From assembly GCA_965637545.1 (NCBI GenBank), contig OZ281496.1, positions 28,210,001 to 28,274,000 of the forward strand: a DNA stretch of 64,000 nucleotides, read 5' to 3'. The position numbers and the translations under genes are program-made. Shown here piece by piece: positions 20,344-31,900 of the stretch. This stretch comes from Phallusia mammillata. Lineage: Eukaryota. A model generated the notes under the pieces. The model was not told where the DNA came from and did no database searches. It was given only the letters and a program-made list of their open reading frames with translations. The first letter of the stretch is position 1, and each line of letters begins with the position of its first letter.

Positions 20344-23285
20344 ATCAACATGCTAGAAGTGTTTTTAAATTAAACTTTACGTGAGTTAATTGTGTCATAC
20401 ATTGTACGTTTTGCGGCGAATGTCATTGTTTAGCAACTGTTAGTCAACTTGCATTGCTTCATTGGAAGGTCTTTTATCCATCTCTGAAAGTATTTGGGCT
20501 TTACATCAAAAATCTGAAACAAATCAACAATATAAAGTATTTTAACATCGGGGAAGGATAGCAAAAGCTTTCGCAGCCTTTTTACAACTTAATTTGTTTT
20601 TAAAAATGTAATTAAGCATATTCAATTTATCAATGTTCTTTCCAATAAACCCCTCAACTAAGTTACGTTATCTAAAGTATTATGAACGTATTGTAGCGTT
20701 GTGCATACTGTGTGTTTGTTTGTTATTTTTAATTGCTTTTTTATTATTAAGACGGCACATCTGTTTAACGTTTGCATTATTAAATATTACTTACGCTCTT
20801 ACGTATTATCATATCATAGTTAGTTTATTTAACTTACATATTGCTGCCTTTGAAGGGCTTTTATCCATCTCGGACCGTAGGTTTATATCCAAAATCTGAA
20901 AAAAATCAGCAGTTGTTTAGAGTGTACAAATAAGGTCAAAGTAAGGCATTGAAAGCAAAATGTTTCGCAGCTTAGTTAGAACATTATTTGTTTCTAAAAA
21001 TTTATTGAAACATATTTAATATAATTATTATTAACCCTCAAACTACATTTTCCATAAACATAGGCACCTTACATACATCACGCATTTTTACGGCAAAGTG
21101 AAATGTGCATAGATTCGCAAATTACATTGCAATACCAATCAGGTCATAACAGCACTACTTACATTCAGTATCCAGTCATTTAATACATCGCTTCAACAAG
21201 AAAATTCCCGGGATGTTTACATCAGGAATGGATTGTTGATCCTACACTAAAAACAACAGGATATCAGCTCAGCGAATGAATGTGCACAATTCAGAGTAAG
21301 GTTTGTATCCACTATAAATTAATGGTTGTAAATTATAAAGAAATAAATGGTACATACACCCATTATATAAGCACGCAAGTCACTAACAAACCTTTCAACT
21401 TTTCCGTTATGACTTTATGGTCTCCGAAATACTTTCGTTCCGATTCCGATATTTTCCTGTAAACCCAAAGCAGAAGCAGTACCACGAATTCAGATACAAA
21501 TTAAACAACAGCAAAATATGTTTTTGGCAAGTAAACATGTGGAGACGGCATAGTGCACTTTACACAGTCCCCACATGCTGTCCCTATTATATTAGAAACT
21601 ACACACTTAAATATGTTCAACTCTTATTATGTGCACTTGCCTATTATTTTAAGTTTCATGTTACGAGACCTCGCTTGCCACTTCAGTCGCATAAAAGGAC
21701 TTTCTTTCCATTGCTTTATTGGATAACCTGAAACAAAATGAACTAGCAGTATAAACAAGTATTTAAAAAGTAAACTAAATATATTAACTCGCAAACTATA
21801 TTTCGCTATCAGCGCAAGTAAACCAATGTGCACCCAACTTTACTTCTCCACAGAAACCGAACAAGTTTACTTCGAGTAATTTAACCCAAAATTATGTACA
21901 TTAGCATGGAGAATATCTAATAGCACCTAATGTTAATGTAATACATTTAAAGTATGATAAACGTAAACGTAGTTTGGCATTGTATATATCTGCATCTTGT
22001 TTTTTTTTTTATTAAGACGGCACATCTGTGTAACGTTTGCATTATTAAATATTACTTACGCTCTTACGTATTATCATATCATAGTTAGTTTATTTAACTT
22101 ACATATTGCTGCTTTGGAAGGGCTATTATCCATCTCGGACCGTAGGTTTATATCCAAAATCTGTAAAAAATCAGCAGTTGTTTAGAGTGTACAAATAAGG
22201 CCTAAAGTAAGGCTGAAATAGCAAAATGTTTCGCAGCTTAGTTAGAACAATATTTGTTTCTAAAAATTTATTGAAACATATTTAATATAATTATTATTAA
22301 CCCTCAAACTACATTTTCCATAAACATAGGCACCTTACATATATCACGCATTTTTACGGAAAAGTGAAATGTGCATAGATTCACAAATTACATTGCAATA
22401 CCAATAATGTCACAACAGCATTACTTACATTCAGTATCCAGTCATTCAATACATCGCTTCAACAAGAAAACTCCCGGGATGTTTACATCCGGAATGGATT
22501 GTTGATCCTACACTAAAAACAACAGGTTCTCAGTTCGGCGAATAATGTGCACAATTCAGAGTAAGGTTTGTATCTCCTGTAGCGGTCATGATATTAATGT
22601 GCACAAAGACTGCCGTTTACGTTTCACTACTATAAACTAATGGTTGTTAATTATGCAGAAATAAATGGTACATACACCCATTATATAAGCACCCAAGTCA
22701 CTAACAAACTTACAACTTTGACGTTATCGCTTCATGGTCTCGGTAACACTTCCCTTCGGCTTCCGATATTTTCCTGCAATACCAAAGCAGAAGCAGTACC
22801 ACGAATGTACAAAAAATTAAACAACATTAAACTCCGTTTTTAACAAGTCAACATGTGGAGACGGCATAGTGCACTTTACACAGTCCCCACATGCTGTCCC
22901 TACTATATATTATAAACTACACACTACATATGTTCAACTCTTATAAAATCTACTTGCCTATGTATTTTAAGTTCCGTGTTGCAAGACCTCGCATGCCACC
23001 TCAGTCGCATAAAAGGACTTCCTTTCCATTACTTCTTTGGGTAACCTGAAACAAAATAAACCCGCTGCAGAAACAATTATTTGAAAAGTAACCTGGTTAT
23101 ATTAACTCGCAAACAATATTTCGGTATCACTGCAAGAAGTAAACCAGTAAACCATCATTCTATAAGAAAACTCCTGGGATGTTTACATCAGAAATGGATT
23201 GTTGACCCTACACTAAAAAGGTTCTCAGTTCAGCGAATGAATGTGTACAATTCAGAGTAAGGTTTGTATCTACTATAAACTAATT

Positions 23286-23349
23286 GTTGTCAATCATGCA
23301 GAAATAAATGGTACGTACACCCATTATATAAGCACCCAAGTCACTAACA
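23286..23349 (-). ncRNA. Hairpin F (8 copies, one per module)
   Basis: GTTAGT/ATTGAC, GTGC/GCAT and AATGG/CCATT stems with a GTGTA(T/C)GTA loop. Starts just after the exon-y donor. Confidence 0.4.
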
Positions 23350-23490
23350 AACCTTTCAGCTTTTCCGTTACTGACTTTATGGTCTCCGTAACACTTTCGT
23401 TCCGATTCAGATATTTTCCTGTAAACCGAAGCAGAAGCAATACCACAAATATACAAAAAAATAAACAACATTAAACTCCGTTTGTAGCAA

Positions 23491-23540
23491 GTCAACATGT
23501 GGAGACGGCATAGTGCACTTTACACAGTCCCCACATGCTG
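23491..23540 (-). ncRNA. Hairpin B-prime (8 near-invariant copies), candidate pre-miRNA
   Basis: Minus strand CAGCATGTGGGGAC-TGTGTA-AAGTGCAC-TATGCC-GTCTCCACATGTTG, extended by a TAGTAGG/CTTGCTA basal stem. Lies in a GC-AG intron. Confidence 0.6.
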
Positions 23541-26444
23541 TCCCTACTATATATTATAAACTACACACTACATATGTTCAACTCTTATAAAATCTACTTG
23601 CCTATGTATTTTAAGTTCCGTGTTGCAAGACCTCGCATGCCACCTCAGTCGCATAAAAGGACTTCCTTTCCATTACTTCTTTGGGTAACCTGAAACAAAA
23701 TAAACCCGCTGCAGAAACAATTATTTGAAAAGTAACCTGGTTATATTAACTCGCAAACAATATTTCGGTATCACTGCAAGAAGTAAACCAGTAAACCATC
23801 ATTCTATAAGAAAACTCCTGGGATGTTTACATCAGAAATGGATTGTTGACCCTACACTAAAAAGGTTCTCAGTTCAGCGAATGAATGTGTACAATTCAGA
23901 GTAAGGTTTGTATCTACTATAAACTAATTGTTGTCAATCATGCAGAAATAAATGGTACGTACACCCATTATATAAGCACCCAAGTCACTAACAAACCTTT
24001 CAGCTTTTCCGTTACTGACTTTATGGTCTCCGTAACACTTTCGTTCCGATTCCGATATTTTCCTGTAAACCGAAGCAGAAGCAATACCACAAATATACAA
24101 AAAAATAAACAACATTAAACTCCGTTTTTAACAAGTCAACATGTGGAGACGGCATAGTGCACTTTACACAGTCCCCACATGCTGTCCCTACTATATATTA
24201 TAAACTACACACTATATATGTTCAACCCTTATAAAATCTACTTGCCTATGTATTTTAAGTTCCGTGTTGCAAGACCTCGCATGCCACCTCAGTCGCATAA
24301 AAGGACTTCCTTTCCATTACTTCTTTGGGTAACCTGAAACAAAATAAACCCGCTGCAGAAACAAGTATTTGAAAAGTAACCTAATTACATTAACTCGCAA
24401 ACAAAATTTCGGTATCACTGCAAGAAGTAAACCAGTAAACCATCGATTCCATTAGAAAACTCCTGGGATGTTTACATCAGGAATGCATTGTTGATGATAC
24501 ACTAAAAAGGTTCTCAGTTCAGCGAATGAATGTGCACAATTCAGAGTAAGGTTTGTATCTACTATAAACTAATTGTTGTCAATCATGCAGAAATAAATGG
24601 TACATACACCCATTATATAAGCAACCAAGTCACTAACAAACTTACAACTTTGGCGTTATCGCTTCATGGTCTCGGTAATACTTCCCTTCGGCTTCCGATA
24701 TTTTCCTGCAGTACCAAAGCAGAAGCAGTACCACGAATTCACAGACAATTTAAACTGCATTAAAACATGTTTTTAACAAGTCAACATGTGGAGACGGCAT
24801 AGTGCACTTTACACAGTCCCCACATGCTGGTGCTATTATATATTATAAACTACACACTTATATATGTTCAACCCTTATAAAATCCACTTGCCTATTATTT
24901 TAAGTTCCATGTTGCGAGACCTCGCATGCCACTTCAGTCGCATAAAAGGACTTTCTTTCCATTGCTTATTTGGATAACCTGGAACAAAATAAACTAGCAG
25001 TAGAAACATGTATTTGAAAATAAAAACAAATATATTTACTTACAAACTATAATGCGGTATCACTGCAAGAAGTAAACCAGTAAACCATCGATTCCATAAG
25101 AAAACTCCTGGGATGTTTACATCAGGAATGCATTGTTGATCCTACACTAAAAAGGTTCTCAGTTCAGCGAATGAATGTGCACAATTCAGAGTAAGGTTTG
25201 TATCTACTATAAACTAATTGTTGTCAATTATGCAGAAATAAATGGTACATACACCCATTATATAAGCACCCAAGTCACTAACAAACTTACAACTTTTCCG
25301 TTGTGACTTTATGGTCTCCGTGACACTTTCGTTCCGATTCCGATATTTTCCTGTAAACCCAAAGCAGAAGCAGTACCACGAATTCACAAAAAATTAAACA
25401 ACATCAAATTCCGTTTTCAACAAGTCAACATGTGGAGACGGCATAGTGCACTTTACACAGTCCCCGCATGCTGGTCCCACTATACATAATAAGTTAGACG
25501 CTTATATATGTTCAACTCTTATAGTATGTACTTGCCTATTATTTTAAGCTCCGTGTTGCAAGATCTCGCATGCCACTTCAGTTGCATAAAAGGACTTTCA
25601 TTCCATTACTTCTTTGGATAAACTGAAACAAAATAAACTCGCTGCAGAAACAAGTATTTGAAAGTAACCTAATTACATTAACTTGCAAACAATATTCCGG
25701 TATCACTGCAAGAAGTAAACCAGTAAACCATCGATTCCATAAGAAAACTCCTGGGATGTTTACATCAGGAATGCATTGTTGATCCTACACTAAAAACAAC
25801 AGGTTCTCAGTCCAGCGAATGAATGTGCACAATTCAGAGTAAAGTTTGTATCTACTATAAACTAATTGTTGTTAATTATGCAGAAATAAATGGTACATAC
25901 ACCCATTATATAAGCACCCAAGTCACTAACAAACCTTTGAACTTTTCCGTTATGACTCTATGGTCTCCGTAACACTTTCGTTCCGATTCCGATAATTTCC
26001 TGTAATGCAGAAGCAGTACCACGAATATACAAAAAATAAACAACATTAAACTCCGTTTGTAGCAAGTCAACATGTGGAGACGGCATAGTGCACTTTACAC
26101 AGTCCCCACATGCTGACACTACTATATATTATAAACTACACACTTATTAATGTTCTACTAAGCTACTTGCCTATTATTTTAAGTTCCGTGTTGCGAGACC
26201 TCGCATGGCACTTCAGTCGCATAAAAGGATAACCTGAAACAATAAACTAGCAGTAGAAGCGTGTATTTGAAAATTAACCTAATTATATTTACTCGTAAAC
26301 AGTGTGCATCCAAGTTTACTTCTACACAGACACCAAACAAGTTCGCTTAAAAACGAGATTACCTGCATCTTTTCCATTTGTAAGTCTTCTTTATGGGCAG
26401 ACTCCCGTCCACACAGCCACCTTCAACACGAGCTGTCAAAGAAA

Positions 26445-26575
26445 GAATGATCGACCCCACGAGTCCAAGGTATGACGATTTCCTTTTTTCTTTTTGCTTT
26501 CGACCAATCAGAACGCTTGCTCCTAACACGTCACATAGGCGCTCTTTTAACTGACCAATGACAGGTGTTATTGCA
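26445..26575 (-). promoter_or_regulatory. Array 2 promoter, same cassette as array 1
   Basis: Minus strand reads ATTGG (26555-26559), GAGCGCCTATGTGACGT, GCAAGCGTTCTGATTGGTCGAAAG (CCAAT 26504-26508) and Inr TCATTC (26445-26450). Confidence 0.75.
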
Positions 26576-28361
26576 CAATTTGGTGAATTTCACTTCCAGC
26601 TAATTGATGGATTGCGGGAGGCACAGCCCTGGGTTACTTTGCATTCAAGGTTTCATGACGTACAGTTAATTTTTGTGACTCGACAGATTTTGTGAAAGGC
26701 GAGATGAGGTGTTGAAGGATTGGAATCGCACCTGTCTTAAACTGAAATCTTTTAACAAATATTGTTTTTTGTTTTCTACCTTTAATCAGTGGTGGGATTT
26801 AATTTTTTTGTCAGCCGGTTCTATCACAAAAGTCATACTTTTCACCCGGTTCTGTTACTTCTACAAAACAGGCTACTATCTGTAAATGTTTTATAAACCT
26901 TCAAGTTACTGAAAATTTTAACCAAGCTATAATGACATTTACTCTACTTTGCTATAATGTAAGGCTATGCTAAGAACAAGGGTCAATATGTTTCATAACG
27001 AAACAATCCTGAACTTGAAACTCGACCCAAGTTCTTACTTGGTAAATTTTACGATGGTATTTTCAATGCCTTTCAAATCCCATAACACAGCTTACCTCAT
27101 TGTAAACATGTTGCTAACTTCTTTAACACGTCTTGCATTCAAACAATTGTTAACCATGTATACAACATGCTGCTTACAAGCCTACTGCTTGTCTACAGTG
27201 GCCAGTGTTCTACCTTTGTGCCTTAAGCATCCACGTACCAAACCGTGATCACTACAAATTCCTTACGGCGCCTGTTTGTGTTTTTTTTCGCCTAAATTAT
27301 TAAAAATATCTATTAAGCTAAAAATAAAAATAAGCATTTGCAAAAATTTAGAAATATCTGTTAAGAATAAAACCATAGGTAAAATGTATCTTTTAACACA
27401 TAAACAAATCCGGTACAATTGAAAATCGTGTTTGCGAAATATCATAGCGTGCACATAAATAATAATTTACTATATACCAATACATGGAGCTACTACAAAA
27501 TCACAAGCGACCCAACAGACATAAATTTCACAACGAAACACAGCAATACAATGTAAGTACGTTTGATCGCTTGCAGTTGGAAATTACTTTTACGAATAAG
27601 GGCGTGATGGATTTGCAATTTTTATGTTTCTAATATATCAGAAGGGCATAAAAATACATGTAAAGTTTAAAATTGTGACTTATCTCTTTAGCTCACAGTT
27701 TAATGCTGTCAATCAAAAACCTCAATTTCTTAAGCACTTAAAAAGTGAAATGTAAAAACACGACGCACCAAAGTTGGTGATGACCATGGCTGATTTAAGA
27801 AAGGCACCGTTAAGATATTATTTTTTTTTCACTTACATTTTTGTGAAATTTTTTCTGGTTTATATTGTGCACCAGGTGGCGGTAATGGGTTACGCACACG
27901 CATAAAAACAGCAATATTGTCATTATTGTGTGCATTTTTCCAGAATGTGTTGCAGTATGGCACGCGGAGATATTTGTTCGTATTTTTTGCGTCCCCTTTG
28001 AACCTGAACGCACACACAGACACATAAAACTTTTACGCTGACAACCATAATTACAACAATAATAAACAACTCATAGCTAAGGTAAATGTATGTAGGTATG
28101 CGCTATGATATCTGATTGTGTATATTCTATTAGTGGCTAAAATTTAAGGCAAAACATCGATTTAAAATACTGCTGGCTACAATTTTTAGCTAGGTATTGG
28201 ATTAAATTTTGCATCCCCATAAACCCAAAAGTTAAAATTGTCAGTATAAAAGTAAAGTGAATATTAGTGTATAAGTGTAGAACGCTTTAGCGTACCAAAA
28301 AAGTGAACATGAAAAAGTGTAACAAAGATTGTTCTACAAAATGTTAAAAGTTAGAATAGCC

Positions 28362-28771
28362 CAGGAGTGCACAACCTTTAGGCCATGTCGGCCACATCAC
28401 TAGTCCTTATCTTCTCAACGACCGCCCAGTGTCCCTTTGTTGTATATTAATGGTGTAGGTTTTATCTATAATGTCTTATCTATTAAGTCCAGATTGATTT
28501 TAATTTTATCCATCGATTTACCTGAACGATTTGGCAATCAGTCTAAACAGTATGCTTGCACATTAAAGGCGTAGAATAAGTCTGGCGACTACTGGCCGGT
28601 ATATTATATATTTTTTCATCCCAGCAAAATCAATTCAAACCAGTTTTTTTAAAGCTAAATGTCTAGCAAAAGAGTTTTAAATCATTCACACAGGTGTTAG
28701 TATTATAACGGTCGCATAAATTGAACTCCATAGCCGCATGTGGCCGTCCGGCGTAAGGTTGTGCACCCCTG
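28362..28771. mobile_element. hAT-type MITE, 410 bp
   Basis: TIRs CAGGAGTGCACAACCTT / AAGGTTGTGCACCCCTG. 8-bp TSD GAATAGCC / GAATAACC (one mismatch). Confidence 0.85.
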
Positions 28772-28964
28772 GAATAACCTATTGCCCGAAAAAGTTAAAA
28801 AAAATATTTGTGTACACGTGTTTAGGTATTGTCACTAAACGCCGGAAAAAAATGTGTACGTTAATTTATCGCCCAAATCGCTGTGTAAAAGCACGCATGC
28901 AGGGACGCAGGTAATACATAAAGTTGTGTTGTTTAGGCTTTCCTGTGTAACCGTTAGGGGGCGC

Positions 28965-31900
28965 TCAAACTTGCTGACTGCTATTGTTGTCCATGCTTTT
29001 AAGAGGAATCTTCATAGAGCTTTCTTCACCATTGCCTTCCGATGCCATTGGTACCTTGTTGCTATAGAAACGAAAGGAGACAGTTTATTAACTGACGAAT
29101 CACAAACGAGAAATATCCTGAACTGAGTTGTTTTGTTTGTTTCGAAACTGTGTGAAATACCTCTCCTAAAATGCCACACTACATTTATCATAGTACGCCA
29201 GGCCCTTTGAAGGCGTCATACCGAATCAAGCCGGTCTCCTAAGCATTCCCATATGGAAAGGCAAGGAAAGACTCCAGTCGTAGGTTCGAATCCCACCGCA
29301 TGTCAGATTTTGTTTACCCTATGCCTTGTCATATGGGAATGTATGTATGAACGCTTCAGGGCTGATCCCAGAACGTGTGTATGTTCATCTTCGCTACATT
29401 ATACATTTACCTTCAATGCCATGGTATTACAACAACAAAAAATAGTCAAACCCAAACAAAAATATAATCGTGTTTTTGCGTACTAACTAAAAGCGTTTCT
29501 GCCGTTTTGACTAAGAAAGTAATAAACACATGGTTAACTACACAACTTGTAAATAAGTTTCAAGAAGATTGTTTAAGCTTAAAAGTGCCGTGAAAAAACC
29601 TTGGAATCTTACCGTTTTGCGAATAGATTGCTGATTTGTTGAAATGTTTTTCCTTTCGTCTCTGGCATAACGAAGTAAAGGAAGACAGTGATTCCAATGC
29701 ACACGAACATAAACAGGATGAACACGTAAGGCCCGGTGAGTTTCTGCACACACAAAAAACAGGATTTTAGGTGAGTTGTCCAAGAATATCCAACATTAGG
29801 ACTGGCTGGTCTGAAATTGGACAAGAATGAGCCCTCTTAGGGTCCAGTGTTTAAAAAAAATAAAGCCTCTAGGTCCGAAAGTTTGTAAATTTGCTATACA
29901 AATGAGGCAAGAGTGTAGTCAAGCCTTGTTTATTAAACTTATTAGACCCGACAAGACCAGTCCGACTAACAACTCTGATTCAGATGAGCAACGAGCATCA
30001 GAATATGCCATGCTCGATACCTAATAGTGAGGGCTTAGCCGAGCCAGAACCGGAGTACTCGGTACCGAGCATGTTTAAGATGCTCGGTGCTCGGCCGAGC
30101 AGTTGCACAAACTGACTCGAGCATCAAATTTTCATATTCATGCCAGCTAACAATGTTCAAAAGGGTATACAAGAACAAAATTGACTGTACAGCTCAATAC
30201 ATCGCTGGGGACGTAAGGGACCTTGGAAAGCTACAAAACTAGCGTGGAATCGGGAAGGTTTGTGACTTCACAATGCACAAAGCACCGAGCATTAACGTGA
30301 GATGCTCGGCGTTCGACCAAATAAAACATTTGCAGTTTCAGCCACCTCTCGTGCAAATTCCGTTACAATTAAGAGCAATAAATCGTTACAGCAAAACAAA
30401 AAAGGCTTTGTTTTTGGCTAGGAACGTATTTTTGTGCAGTCGGAAAACTTTTCATTGACTCCACAACCCTGGGCTTGGCCCATCAGTAGTCATTAGGATT
30501 GTTTCTTTGGATAAGTATTGAACTTACAGCAACTGCTGGGAAGCTGATGCCAATAATGAAGTTACAAGTCCAGTTAAGAAGACAGGCGACCATGAATGCG
30601 GAAGGACGTGCGGCTTGACGGAAGAGCTCAGCAGTGATCAACCAAGGAATTGGTCCTGCGGAAGAGGGAGGTTGTTTAAGTAAATGGAATTGCCATACTT
30701 ATCTACAGTTGTTACTTAAGCCTATCCTGCCAATACATTGTCACCAGCTGCACTGATGAGACTTTATAGGTCGAAACAGAGTACACTGTCCGCAGCTTAT
30801 GCAACATATATTTACAGGAGCTTTTTAAGCCGTATGCAAGTTTTTTTTAAGTGAAAATAATAGTGGATTGGTGAACATTTGCAACAAAACTTATTTATTT
30901 TACAGGTTATCTGGAATTTATGCTTGTTATTGGGCAAGTTCAGTGTTTTTTTAAGGTGTGTTTAAGGACCGAAACGGTCCCCCAAATTTCTCCAGCGGTT
31001 TCCCAAAATGGCTATTTTTTGGTATTTAAATGAAACACTTGCGGTCTCTTAAAACCACTTAGCGGTCACCCAAACCAAACCTTAAAAAAACCTGGGCAAG
31101 TTTACTTCTTTTTTGCTCGATTGTCAAAAATAGGATTCTGGGTGTATCGAAAAAAGCCCGATTTGAATATGTATTGTATTTTATTTGTAACAGCTAGCAA
31201 GGTATGTACAAAATCGAAGCAAGCCAATGTATTTCCACAACACAAAAGGGCGACTTTAGTGGAGACAGGCACCTGCGTCTCGACCCAGTAGACCAAAGGT
31301 ACAAAATAAATTACTCTCCTGGCCGCAAGTATTTTGCCGGAAATATGCGTCGTGCTTCGTACAAGCTCCAGGCTATGTAAGCTCGTCAAGAGGTATTAGC
31401 GTGAAATTGCCGAAAAACTTCTCGCCATTCAGCAATAAAAACGATTTTCATGTGAAACGTTTTACTCGATGTAACGCGTTTTCAAAATTCATCAGCAGTT
31501 TGTTTGGTTTGGGTAGAAATTGATCCAATTGTCATTGAAAAAAAGATGGGCTTTTGCACACTAATGTGGTTGTTTTACGTTTCAGAATAGGCATAATTTG
31601 TATACCACTATCACGTATTTGTTGCATAGAAAAGACAATACAAAATCTAAAGTTATTTTTTGCGTGAAAAATATTGAGTGGCACGAAAGCGTTGCCACTG
31701 AAAGACTTGCTATAAGCGTTTTTAAAAAAATTGAAATCACAGTAAGACATACTAGTTTCAAAACCACACTGATTCCTATAGAGGGAAGTTTGCGTTTTGA
31801 AACTATAGACCTGTATTTTAGCGACTATAAATTTTTAAAGGCTTGTGGTCTTACCTGGTCCAACAGCAAATCCAATAATGTAACCAATAACACACGCGAT

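Larger units (their letters stand above)
22560..26290 (-). repeat. ~644-bp tandem module (exon-intron-hairpin unit) within array 2
   Basis: Anchor GTCAACATGTGGAGACGG at 22847, 23491, 24135, 24780, 25424 and 26066 (periods 642-645). Further copies lie at 19557 and 21531 inside longer composite units. Confidence 0.97.
17700..26448 (-). ncRNA. Array 2: inverted paralog of the non-coding hairpin host gene, with a single promoter
   Basis: Exon 1 at 26363-26448 is homologous to array 1 exon 1 (ends ATGGAAAAGATGCAG|GTAAT). Repeated exons include 23602-23689 (TAG|GCAAGT), 23353-23418 (AAG|GTTTGT) and 21163-21246 (AAT|GTAAGT). Exon-4 homologs lie at ~17956-18036 and ~19982-20061. Homologs of hairpins A, B/D and C are present. 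Confidence 0.75.

Noticed and set aside
23175-23190. TGTAAACATCC on the minus strand, identical to the miR-30 5' end
   Set aside because: It lies in exon z within a tiny GATGT/ACATC palindrome; there is no precursor-length stem and the rest does not match miR-30.
23505-23526. TAAAGTGC (miR-17/miR-430-like seed) in hairpin B-prime
   Set aside because: It sits in the apical loop, not at the 5' end of an arm, and is not shared by array 1 paralogs (AACGTGC).
19443-24763. Short repeated ORFs in array 2 (MCTIQSKVC..., MVSVTLPF...)
   Set aside because: Antisense to the spliced minus-strand unit; frames are not conserved among copies.
310-26575. CRISPR-like repeat/spacer appearance
   Set aside because: Eukaryotic spliced context, repeat periods of 0.6-1.6 kb, no unique spacers and no cas genes.
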